Positions 1 through 8,299 of a stretch of DNA of 64,000 bases are shown in pieces. The DNA lies in NCBI GenBank assembly GCA_965249725.1, contig CBDFMQ010000002.1, forward strand, positions 1,952,001-2,016,000, in the 5' to 3' direction. Source of the DNA: Longimicrobiales bacterium. GTDB taxonomy: Bacteria > Gemmatimonadota > Gemmatimonadetes > Longimicrobiales > Gaopeijiaceae. The notes below the pieces were generated by a model. The model was not told the origin of the DNA and did not search any database. It worked only from the letters and a program-made list of their open reading frames with translations. Made by a program: the position numbers and the translations under genes. Each line of letters begins with the position of its first letter. Position 1 is the stretch's first letter.

Positions 1-20
1 ACGAGAGTAGGAGGAAACGC

Positions 21-2819
21 ATGAGTACCGAGCTCGCCGGAGCGCGTTGGTGGCGCTTCGATTTTCACACGCACACGCCCGCCTCCGAGGACTACGGCAA
101 AGGTGTTGGTCAGCAGGATCTTCGGAAGCACACTCCCCGGGAGTGGCTATTGGACTTCATGCGTGCGGAGATAGACTGCATCGCGGTCACGGACCACAAT
201 ACTGGCATGTGGATCGACCAATTGAAGGAGGCCCATGAGGAACTTGAAAAGGAGCGCCCCGAGGATTTTCGGCCATTGCATCTCTTTCCCGGAGTAGAGA
301 TCTCCGTGCATGGCGGAGTCCATCTTCTGGCAATCTTCGGGTCGGAGAAAAGCACCTCGGATATCGATTCGCTGCTCGGCGCAGTGGGTATCGAGGGCAC
401 AGCCAAGGGGTCGCAGGAGACATGTACGGAGCAGTCCGTGGTAGGAGTTGCTGACAGGATTGTAAGCGCCGGCGGCCTGGCGATTCCTGCTCACGCGGAT
501 CGCGAGAACGGTTTGTTCACGTGTTTTTCGGGCACAACGCTGGATCAGACACTGGAGTGCGACGCCTTTCTAGCGATGGAGCTGCGCGATTCGGACGCCG
601 AAAAACCTGCGAACTACGCGGCAAAGAAGCTGACTTGGAGCGAGGTGGTCGGCTCGGACTGCCATCACCCCAGCGGGAATGAGGGCCAACGCTACCCTGG
701 AAGCCACTTTACTTGGGTGAAGATGGGCCGCCCCTCAATTGAGGGCCTTCGCCTCGCGCTTCTGGACGGTGCGCCGCTCTCGATCAACCGGAGCGATGCG
801 GACGGTGGGGACCCGAACTGCCACGGGCGGCTTGTGATCGAAGACGTAGCGATCAAGGATGCACGGTACGCTGGCCGCGGGCCTAGCCCGCTGCTTGGCC
901 GCTTCAGCCCGTGGATGACGACTCTGATCGGCGGACGCGGGACCGGAAAATCCACAGTGCTCGAGATGGTCCGGCTCGCCATGCAGCGTGAGAACGAGCT
1001 CTCCGGCGAACTACGAGAGGAGTTTGAACGCTTCGCGAGCATCCCCACATCACGCAGGGAGCGGGGCGCCTTGACGGAGAAGACGGGAGTCGCAGTGACC
1101 TTTCGGAAGGATGGAATACGCTTCCGTGTCTACTGGCGGCGGAGAGGAGCCGAGTCCTTCATTGAAGAGCAGGACACGCAGGGTAATTGGGTTGCGAGCC
1201 CTGGCGACGTGCGAGGACGTTTCCCAGTGCGGATTTTCAGTCAGAAGCAGGTCTTCGCTTTGTCGAACGATCCCGGCGCTCTGCTTCGGCTCATCGATGA
1301 GGTGTCGTCCATCAATCGCACTGAATGGGAGGCCAGGTGGCAGGAGCTAGAGACCCGGTTTCTGCGGCTCCGCAGCCGGGTTCGCGAGCTCGGCGCACAG
1401 GTGGACGATCGAACCCGAATCGAGGGTGATCTTGCGGACGTGCGGCGCCAGCTCACGGTCTTCGAGGAAGGCGGCCATCGCGAGCTGTTGTTGGGCTTCC
1501 AGCGCCTCGGCCGTCAACGCCAGGTGCTGAACAACCGCAGCGTGGAACTCGAGGAAGCTGTCAAGATGATCCGCGGAGTCGCGGATCAGATCGAGCCCTC
1601 GGATGTCCGAGTGGAGGATTTCGACGCTGATGCGCCCGCGGAAGCTGCAGCACTGAGGCTGCTCGAGGAGGCCGCAGCCAAGCAGCGCGAGTTGGCCTCG
1701 GGCCTGGGTACTCGGGCAAGCGAGCTAGAGGTGTTCCACGCCGACCTGCAGGAGCGTTTGGTCCGCTCCGCTTGGACAACGGAGGAAGAGGAGGTCGGCG
1801 CTCGTTACCGTACACTTGTCGAGCGCCTCGAGCAGGAAGGGGTTGAGGATCCGAGCGCGTACGGCGCGCTCGTTCAGCGTCGCCAGACGCAGGAACACAG
1901 GCTAGCTGAGCTGACCACGCTCGAGGAGAAGATGCAGCGGGTCCAAGAGCAGGCGCGTAAGACCCTGGCGGAGCTAGAGGAGTGGCGAGTTGAGCTATCG
2001 AATCGGAGGATCGAGTTTCTCGACCGTGTCCTCCAAGGCAACGAGTTCGTGCGCATTGTATTGGTTCCCTTTGGAACGGCGGCGAAACTCGCGGAGCCCG
2101 AGTTTCGCCGCCGCTTCGATCGCGAGGATGGCCGACTCGAAAATGATATCCTCACCGATACCGGAGACACGGGCCTGCTTGCCGAGCTCTACACTCACTT
2201 GCCTGACGCGCGTGGCGGCCGGAGTGCCGAGATGCGGAGGCGCATCCTTGAGACCAAACAGGAGATCGCAAAGGCCGCAAGTGGGGAACCCTCGACCAAG
2301 CGCAGCCAGTGGTTCCAAAACCACGTGCAGAAGCTCCGTCCCGAACAGATAGATCGGCTGGAACTCTGGTGGCCGAGCGATGGCCTGTCCGTCGAGTACC
2401 GCCGGGTAGGCAGTGGGAGCTTCCTACCAATCGAGCAAGGTTCTCCCGGGCAGAAGTCGGCTGCCGTCCTCGCCTTCCTGCTCTCGCACGGTGAAGAGCC
2501 CATCCTGCTCGACCAGCCCGAAGATGACCTGGACAACCACCTAATCTACGACTTGATCGTCCGGCAGATCCGAGATAACAAGCGTCAGCGTCAAGTAATC
2601 GTTGCCACCCACAATCCGAATATCGTCGTAAACGGCGATGCCGAGATGGTCCTCTCCATGAATCACCGGGGCGGCCAGTGCGTCATCGTTGAAGAAGGGA
2701 CTGGTTGTCTACAGGAACACGGAGTGCGGGAGGAGATCTGCCAAGTGATGGAGGGTGGCCGCAAGGCATTCGAAGCGCGCTACAAGCGACTGCTTGAGGA
2801 GATGGACCGTGTTGGATAG
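21..2819 (+). CDS. PHP metallo-phosphoesterase + ABC/SMC-type ATPase (TrlF/Ppl-like, putative anti-phage protein)
   Basis: PHP motifs DFHTHT, TDHN, GVEI, PAH, GSDCH; Walker A GGRGTGKST; long coiled coil; signature SPGQK; Walker B ILLDQPEDDLD; H-loop ATHN; AGGAGG RBS upstream. Confidence 0.85.
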   Translation: MSTELAGARWWRFDFHTHTPASEDYGKGVGQQDLRKHTPREWLLDFMRAEIDCIAVTDHNTGMWIDQLKEAHEELEKERPEDFRPLHLFPGVEISVHGGVHLLAIFGSEKSTSDIDSLLGAVGIEGTAKGSQETCTEQSVVGVADRIVSAGGLAIPAHADRENGLFTCFSGTTLDQTLECDAFLAMELRDSDAEKPANYAAKKLTWSEVVGSDCHHPSGNEGQRYPGSHFTWVKMGRPSIEGLRLALLDGAPLSINRSDADGGDPNCHGRLVIEDVAIKDARYAGRGPSPLLGRFSPWMTTLIGGRGTGKSTVLEMVRLAMQRENELSGELREEFERFASIPTSRRERGALTEKTGVAVTFRKDGIRFRVYWRRRGAESFIEEQDTQGNWVASPGDVRGRFPVRIFSQKQVFALSNDPGALLRLIDEVSSINRTEWEARWQELETRFLRLRSRVRELGAQVDDRTRIEGDLADVRRQLTVFEEGGHRELLLGFQRLGRQRQVLNNRSVELEEAVKMIRGVADQIEPSDVRVEDFDADAPAEAAALRLLEEAAAKQRELASGLGTRASELEVFHADLQERLVRSAWTTEEEEVGARYRTLVERLEQEGVEDPSAYGALVQRRQTQEHRLAELTTLEEKMQRVQEQARKTLAELEEWRVELSNRRIEFLDRVLQGNEFVRIVLVPFGTAAKLAEPEFRRRFDREDGRLENDILTDTGDTGLLAELYTHLPDARGGRSAEMRRRILETKQEIAKAASGEPSTKRSQWFQNHVQKLRPEQIDRLELWWPSDGLSVEYRRVGSGSFLPIEQGSPGQKSAAVLAFLLSHGEEPILLDQPEDDLDNHLIYDLIVRQIRDNKRQRQVIVATHNPNIVVNGDAEMVLSMNHRGGQCVIVEEGTGCLQEHGVREEICQVMEGGRKAFEARYKRLLEEMDRVG

Positions 2820-4089
2820 TGCGGAGCAGCTCCTCGACAAGATCCGACTTGGCGAAGACAGCTTCCTTGAGTGCAAGGAGATGGTCTTTGCGGCCAGGAG
2901 GGTCAAGGGGCCTACCCGCAACGTACTCGCGGACGAGCTAGCCGCGTTTGCCAATGCGCGCGGTGGTGTCCTTCTGCTCGGTGTACATGATGAGACGAAG
3001 GACGTGGTGGGGATTCTCGAGGGCCACCTTGACCTGGCTGAGCAGTACGCGTCCGAGATCGTGCGAGACTCCATCAGTCCGCCGTTATACCCAGTGATCG
3101 AGCGGATGCAGCTGCCAGGAACTGACGGGCAGCTGCGTCCGGTTCTTCGGGTCGAGGTAGCGCGCAGTCTCTTTGTCCACCGGAGTCCTGGGGGCTTTCT
3201 GCACCGGGTCGGGAGTAACAAGCGTGTCATGGACCCCGATTACCTCGCCCGGCTCTTCCAGCAGCGGAGCCAGGCGCGCCTGATCCGCTTCGACGAGCAG
3301 GCGGTCCACGATGCATCGAAGGGCGATCTGGACAGGGCTTTGGTCGATCGCTTCCGTACGCCACAGACCCAAGACGACAGTACGACACTTGCTCGCAAGC
3401 TTGGCATGGCGACGGAAACGGAAGGAGGGGAGCTTCGACCCACTGTAGCCGGTGTGTTACTGGGAACGCTAGAACCTCAGCGTTGGCTTCCTCACGCCAT
3501 CGTTCAGGCAGTCGCCTACCGCGGACCCAGCATCGCGAAGGCTCTGAATTCACTCGAATACCAGATCGATGCCAGAGAAATTGGGGGACCGCTGGATGCC
3601 CAGATTGCAGAGGCATGTCGTTTCGTGCTTCGAAACCAGCGTGTGGGAGCCCAAAAGCAAGAAGGCCGAAGCGACATTCCGCAGTACGATTTGACTGCGG
3701 TCTTCGAGGCAATTGTGAATGCGGTAGCTCACCGCGACTACTCGATGCACGGCGCGCGGATCCGCCTGCGCTTGTTCACTGACCGCCTTGAGCTCTATTC
3801 GCCGGGTGCGCTCGCGAACACGATGACGGTCGAGACACTTCTGTATCGCCAAGCTAGCCGTAACGAATCGATAACTAGCTTGTTGGCTAAGTGCCCAGTT
3901 CCCAGCGCGATCTCTGGTATCGAGACACAACGTGCGACACTGATGGATCGGAGGGGCGAAGGCGTCGCGATTATTCTTGAGCAAAGCGAGCGGCTGTCTG
4001 GCCAGCGGCCCGTATATGAGTTGCCGGACGAATCGGAGCTTCGGTTGACGATCTTTGCGGCGCGTCCAACGGTTGACCATTCCCAATGA
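2809..4089 (+). CDS. Schlafen/AlbA_2 domain + RecG-C-terminal-like HATPase_c_4 domain protein
   Basis: GEDSFLECKE...ELAAFANARGGVLLLGVHD (AlbA_2) and EAIVNAVAHRDY...YSPGAL...RN...DRRGEGV (HATPase_c_4); GTG at 2809 with GAGGAG RBS, overlapping the upstream stop. Confidence 0.85.
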   Translation: MLDSAEQLLDKIRLGEDSFLECKEMVFAARRVKGPTRNVLADELAAFANARGGVLLLGVHDETKDVVGILEGHLDLAEQYASEIVRDSISPPLYPVIERMQLPGTDGQLRPVLRVEVARSLFVHRSPGGFLHRVGSNKRVMDPDYLARLFQQRSQARLIRFDEQAVHDASKGDLDRALVDRFRTPQTQDDSTTLARKLGMATETEGGELRPTVAGVLLGTLEPQRWLPHAIVQAVAYRGPSIAKALNSLEYQIDAREIGGPLDAQIAEACRFVLRNQRVGAQKQEGRSDIPQYDLTAVFEAIVNAVAHRDYSMHGARIRLRLFTDRLELYSPGALANTMTVETLLYRQASRNESITSLLAKCPVPSAISGIETQRATLMDRRGEGVAIILEQSERLSGQRPVYELPDESELRLTIFAARPTVDHSQ

Positions 4090-4094
4090 CTCGA

Positions 4095-4215
4095 CCTCCT
4101 TGTTTCGATCGGTCTTCGCTCCTGGTTTGGATATCCGAGGTATGGCCGTTCGGCGTTGTAGTGGAGTAACCAGGTCATCGAGGTCGGCCCGGAGCGCCTG
4201 GACTCTCTCAATAGG
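4095..4215 (-). mobile_element. IS481-like transposase C-terminal remnant (frameshifted)
   Basis: Two frames join to give QALRADLDD/WLLHYNAERPYLGYPNQERRPIE, resembling the integrase-core C-terminus of IS481-type transposases. Confidence 0.6.
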
Positions 4216-4485
4216 AACGCCGCCGCCGTGCCCCGCATCATCACCGCCATCGCCTGCCGCTGGTAGTAGCGCAGCCACATCAGCCGCGAGTAGTCCAGCA
4301 CCACGACTAGCACGTGCTGGCGTTCCCACGGTAGCTGGAAGTCCGCGAAGTCAATCTGGCCCCGGCAGCACGGATGCGCCTCGAACCTCTCGACGGGCTC
4401 CTCGGCATCCCGAGGCCGGGAGGACCGCCCGCACGTACCGCTTCACCTTGCCGTAGGCGCTGGGATATCCCGCTGAACCGCACCC
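4216..4485 (-). mobile_element. istA: IS21-family IstA transposase remnant (frameshifted)
   Basis: Manual minus-strand translation: AGYPSAYGKVKRYVR /fs/ RPRDAEEPVERFEAHP..GQIDFADFQLPWERQHVLVVVLDYSRLMWLRYY, matching the IstA RFETxPG-Q-QxDF...LxYSR pattern. Confidence 0.75.
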
Positions 4486-4907
4486 AAGAGGACCTGTTGC
4501 AGCTTCTTCTCCGTGCTCCCGATGTAGCGAAAGCTTTGCGGTGGCCTGAAACCAGGAACTAGCCTTCGGAGTTCCTCGAGGGATAGTCGCTCGGTAATCC
4601 GCGTCGGTCGTTCCATCACTATTCCGACTGCGATCTGTGCACCTTCGAAGTAGCGATCAAAATCGACGCGCGATACGCCAGTTGCTGAACCAACGTCGGA
4701 CCAGAGTGCAGCGGGAATCGCCAGAAGGACTTCAGTAACGTGGCAATAACCCACAACCCGGCACTCTGGCAAGGTGGCGTATAGTAGCACGACATCACCT
4801 GGTTCCACCCGCGGGCGGATTCGTCTGAGCTCAACGGTCTTCCTTCCACTCAGGAGCATCGCAGCGTACTCGGGCTTCACCGAAATCATCAGTGTTCGCT
4901 TAGGCAC
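4443..4907 (-). CDS. ASCH (PUA-like) domain protein
   Basis: ISVKPEYA..LLSGRKTVELRR...LLYAT.P...VG...PPQSFRY; GTG at 4907 after AAGGAG; last codons run into the IS21 remnant. Confidence 0.8.
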   Translation of the reverse strand: MPKRTLMISVKPEYAAMLLSGRKTVELRRIRPRVEPGDVVLLYATLPECRVVGYCHVTEVLLAIPAALWSDVGSATGVSRVDFDRYFEGAQIAVGIVMERPTRITERLSLEELRRLVPGFRPPQSFRYIGSTEKKLQQVLLGAVQRDIPAPTAR

Positions 4908-5122
4908 TCGCTTGAACTCCTTCGGAGTAGATCGCGTGGAATGTTGCGCTGTCGATCCGGAAGGGAGATTGCAGCACCAGATGGTCGACACCACCTGCAG
5001 AAGCAAGCGCCCGTATTCTTTCCAACGAAACTACATTCTCAAACACCTCGGTGTGGCCAAACCGGAATGCCATTACGGCACCGTCCGGTCTATTCTTAGC
5101 TAAGGATTGGACATCCGACCAC

Positions 5123-5450
5123 TCATAGACACCGTAGCGCCGGAACCGGCTGTAGAGTTTCTTGGCAGGGCGGAGCTTTCGGGGACTCGCCCGCTTCCCA
5201 GGTTCTTTGGATGTCGTCGTAGTGATTCACGGCGACCGCGAGCATCGGGAGGTCGAGGTGAGTGAGAACCCTCTGGTTCTCAAGGTGCGCCACCAGTCGT
5301 TCCCATTCGGCGCAGGCGACTGGACCCCGCAGTCGGAACGGAGGCTGGGCATTGTTCGTTAGCTCAAACTGGGGCTCGTCTCTCATGCGTTCAGATCGGT
5401 CCGTGCCCTTCAGGAGCTTCATACTGTTGGTTCGTGCGACGCTTGGTCAT
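5123..5450 (-). pseudogene. P27-family phage terminase small subunit remnant
   Basis: KLLKGT.R...EP...PP..L...A..EWERLV..L....VLT.LD..ML pattern; ATG at 5450 is out of frame with the 5422 ORF; C-terminus degenerate. Confidence 0.6.
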
Positions 5451-5675
5451 AGAAATTTTTCAATCGTCAACGTAAGAGGCCGAAGCAGGGCTCCCGAAGC
5501 TCCGTGGGGGCATCTTCCATCCGTTCCGGCGGCTTTGGGCGACCGAGAGGAAGCACATGCCAGATGTCGATGTCGCGGCGGCAGGAGGATGGCGGGACAC
5601 ACGCGCCTTGAAGCTGTCCTATCAGCAGCCGGACCCGGCGAGTGTGCTTCGGGTGGTCGAACTCGGAGGCTGATC

Positions 5676-5695
5676 CGGGACACAATCGGGACACA
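5676..5695. repeat. Direct repeat CGGGACACA x2 (candidate integrase arm sites)
   Basis: cgggacacaatcgggacaca about 60 bp beyond the tRNA 3' end. Confidence 0.5.
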
Positions 5696-5710
5696 GTCTA
5701 CTGGACCCGG

Positions 5711-5744
5711 AAACCCCGCAAGGCCGGAAAGCCTTACGGGGTTT
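5711..5744 (-). terminator. Stem-loop downstream of tRNA-Thr
   Basis: AAACCCCGCAAGGC-cggaaa-GCCTTACGGGGTTT inverted repeat with one mismatch. Confidence 0.6.
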
Positions 5745-5756
5745 GGTCTTTCAGAA

Positions 5757-5829
5757 AGCTGGCGATCGGACTCGAACCGATGACCTGCTGCTTACAAGGC
5801 AGCTGCTCTACCAACTGAGCTACGCCAGC
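5757..5829 (-). tRNA. tRNA-Thr(TGT), CCA not encoded
   Basis: Reverse complement GCTGGCG TA GCTC AGTTGGTA GAGC A GCTGC CTTGTAA GCAGC AGGTC ATCGG TTCGAGT CCGAT CGCCAGC T folds into a full cloverleaf. Confidence 0.97.
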
Positions 5830-5891
5830 GAAACGTACTTTCTTCCTGTTGTTGAGCCATTCCCGGCTCTTTCCGTTTTCACGGATCTGAC

Positions 5892-5939
5892 TGGTGTGCA
5901 CGTTGGTGTGCACGTTGGTGTGCACGTTGGTGTGCACGT
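5892..5939. repeat. Tandem repeat TGGTGTGCACGT x4
   Basis: Four perfect 12-bp copies between the integrase stop and the tRNA. Confidence 0.95.
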
Positions 5940-5948
5940 TCGGGCTAA

Positions 5949-6640
5949 TCAACGGACTTCGCGGAGTTCACCCGCCTCCAACACGACACGTAACATAGTC
6001 TCGGTATCTGCCTGTTGGTAGGCGGATTTGAGGGACTGCGTGTCCTTCCATCCGCCTGCGGCAACTACGTCTACGTCCGGCAGATGCTTCCGCTCCGTGA
6101 CCCACTTTCTACGGTATGCGTGCCAGAGGCTTCCCTTCTGGGTCTGAAGGCCCGCTAACTCTTCACCCTCTCTGAGCCACTTGGAGGCGAGGTACGTGGT
6201 CAGGGGTGAGGCACGGTCGGTCGGTTTGGGGAAAAGGGGTGCAGACCCGATTCCGGGCCGGTCCCTGAGTACCCGGTCGAGTGCATGTCGGACGCTGGGG
6301 TTGATTGGCACACAACTCGCTCGACCTTCCTTGTCTGTATCGGCAGGCCAGCGAATGGAACCGTAGGGCGCTTCCGATAACCGGAGATCCTCATATCGGA
6401 GCTGACAGACGGCAGAGATTCGCCTCCCCGTGCCGTTAACGATGTCCAGGAGTTCCGAGAGATAGCTTCGCTGTTTCTCTCGCCTCCCGTTCCATCGAAC
6501 GGAGGGGGTTCTTCTCGCTGCCCAATTGAAGACCCATCGCAGCCACTTCAGGTCGGCCTCAACGCTGCGGGTCCTGACTGCGGCCCGCTTCGCTACTGAG
6601 ACCACCCTCCCTCTCGCGTCGATTTCACCAGAGGTCCGGG
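5949..6640 (-). pseudogene. Tyrosine recombinase/integrase, N-terminally truncated and probably internally deleted
   Basis: TGRRISAV (Arg), TDK (Lys), HAYRR (HxxR), GGW, AYQQ (Tyr); only ~220 aa with no clear start or arm-binding domain. Confidence 0.8.
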
Positions 6641-6672
6641 AATCAGCTGCTTCAGCCTCGTCGCCAACCTAC

Positions 6673-7062
6673 TCACAACCGATCTCGCACGAGTAACGGG
6701 AGGCCGACGCCCAAAGCCACGAGGCAATACACTCCGACCACACCGACGTAGAGCGGTTCCAGCCAATCGTGCGCCACGCTGAATCGATGCGAGAGCTGAT
6801 GTACTGCCACGTTGATCGCCATCACAGCAGTGAGCCCGACAAGCACCTGGATTGGACGCGAAGGCGACCTTCGATGTGCGAGGAGTGAGGCCACCGTGCC
6901 AGTCGCGACCAACACGAATCCCGGAAGGTCCGGCTGTTGCGTGGCGGCGGAGATCGGGATCGAAGCAAGTACTCCGGCAGCACTTGCCACGAACGCCACC
7001 TCGGAGATGCGCCGGGCCTTGACCTCTAGGGCTGCGTTCAGGCGGACAACTGGATCGGACAC
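6673..7062 (-). CDS. Small membrane protein with an N-terminus resembling a Ser/Thr kinase leader (possible chimera)
   Basis: MSDPVVRLNAALE followed by about 4 hydrophobic segments. Confidence 0.45.
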   Translation of the reverse strand: MSDPVVRLNAALEVKARRISEVAFVASAAGVLASIPISAATQQPDLPGFVLVATGTVASLLAHRRSPSRPIQVLVGLTAVMAINVAVHQLSHRFSVAHDWLEPLYVGVVGVYCLVALGVGLPLLVRDRL

Positions 7063-7163
7063 GTGAGCACTCCGGGATCAGACTGTGGTCAACATCCGAG
7101 AGCGGTCCAGTAGGCGCAACCTGGGAGCGGCGAAGCTGTTAGCTGATCCTCCGAGGGTCATCA

Positions 7164-7484
7164 CTAGTGGATCTGAACATCTTCGACGTACCGCCCCTCG
7201 CTGAACTCAGTGAAGTAGCGCTCCACAAGGGGATGTTGGATGGGGAGGCCACTGTGATCAGGTTCGAGGTTTCGTTCGGCTACATACGTTTGATGTTGGG
7301 CTGTGTGCGGCAATATGTGATACCAAGGTTGGTGCTTGGGTGGCCTCGAACGGGCCACGGCTTTATACCATGCCTCGGTTCCTTGGAAGTGCTTATCGAC
7401 CTGGATGACAACACCTCGGTAATCGAACAACTTGTGTTGCACGATGTCACCGACTGAAAAACGTGCGCTCGGCATCCTGATCAT
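7164..7484 (-). CDS. hspQ: Heat shock protein HspQ / YccV-like
   Basis: FSVGDIVQHKLFDYRGVV..VD...PWYH.L.....TYVAERNL...HP. Confidence 0.88.
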   Translation of the reverse strand: MIRMPSARFSVGDIVQHKLFDYRGVVIQVDKHFQGTEAWYKAVARSRPPKHQPWYHILPHTAQHQTYVAERNLEPDHSGLPIQHPLVERYFTEFSEGRYVEDVQIH

Positions 7485-7618
7485 TGATTCACGCCCGGTC
7501 CCAAGTACCGCCTCACAATGTCCATGCGCTCAAGCTATGGGTGATGCTGAGGTTGGGCGATGGCTGGATGGGAGTGCTGCTGACGCCCGTGCGAGCAGCA
7601 CTTGTTCGACAGACAGAC

Positions 7619-8299
7619 CTACCGGGCTTGCTCAAGCATCACGATAATCTCCTCCGCCGAGGCGGTCAGCCGTTCAAGTTCGCCCAGGACCCGTCCCGTG
7701 CGGCCCATAACCGTAATGAGGTGGCTGTCGAACCTGAAGTCATCGAAGAGAGCATCGAAGTTGGCCTCGAATCGGACTGAACGAAGTGCGTCATCCTCGA
7801 CCAACACACGCGAACGCAACCAAGGATCGTACTGGCCCGCTACGACCACTAGCAGGAGTTCCTGCGTGCCTTCGTGGTCGTCAAGGAGTCCGTTCCATTG
7901 CGCGAGCTTCGTGCGCAGCAGTTTGTCCGAGATGAGCGATAGGCGGCCTGAGGCCATGAGGCCTTTCAGCGTGGCGACTGGAGGGTCAATACTGGTCGTC
8001 CCACGCGACCTGCGCACCAACGCTGTGAGTGAGTCCGGGCCGAGTGCTCTGAGACCCATCTCAGGGGTGCCGAGCAACTCTGACGCCGCCGCAAGCCTAC
8101 GTTTGTGAGCCTCGGAGGCACGATCTAGTTCCTCAACGGTGCCCAGAAAATCGGCGTGTAACGCTTCGAGTGACTCTGTCTCTTCACGCCGGTCAACCCG
8201 ACCATCCCACCAAGCCTGAATCCCGAACGCCATCAGAATCGACGCTACGATCACCACGCCTTCTACGAAGACGCGCAGCCAAGGGACCTGACGGTTCAA
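7619..8299 (-). CDS. Hypothetical protein with N-terminal TM helix
   Basis: EGVVIVASILMAFGIQAWWD start; ATGA overlap with the upstream gene stop. Confidence 0.7.
   Translation of the reverse strand: MNRQVPWLRVFVEGVVIVASILMAFGIQAWWDGRVDRREETESLEALHADFLGTVEELDRASEAHKRRLAAASELLGTPEMGLRALGPDSLTALVRRSRGTTSIDPPVATLKGLMASGRLSLISDKLLRTKLAQWNGLLDDHEGTQELLLVVVAGQYDPWLRSRVLVEDDALRSVRFEANFDALFDDFRFDSHLITVMGRTGRVLGELERLTASAEEIIVMLEQAR

Noticed and set aside
5447..5694. HNH endonuclease or cos site upstream of the terminase relic
   Set aside because: No convincing HNH or CxxC motifs in the available frames.
5892..5939. CRISPR array
   Set aside because: Contiguous 12-bp units with no spacers and no cas genes nearby.
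6650..7620. Integron cassette array (short co-oriented genes, GCCCAAC/GCTAAC-like motifs, hairpin at 7573-7602)
   Set aside because: No paired RYYYAAC...GTTRRRY bounding a full attC-like palindrome, and the integrase shows no recognisable IntI features.
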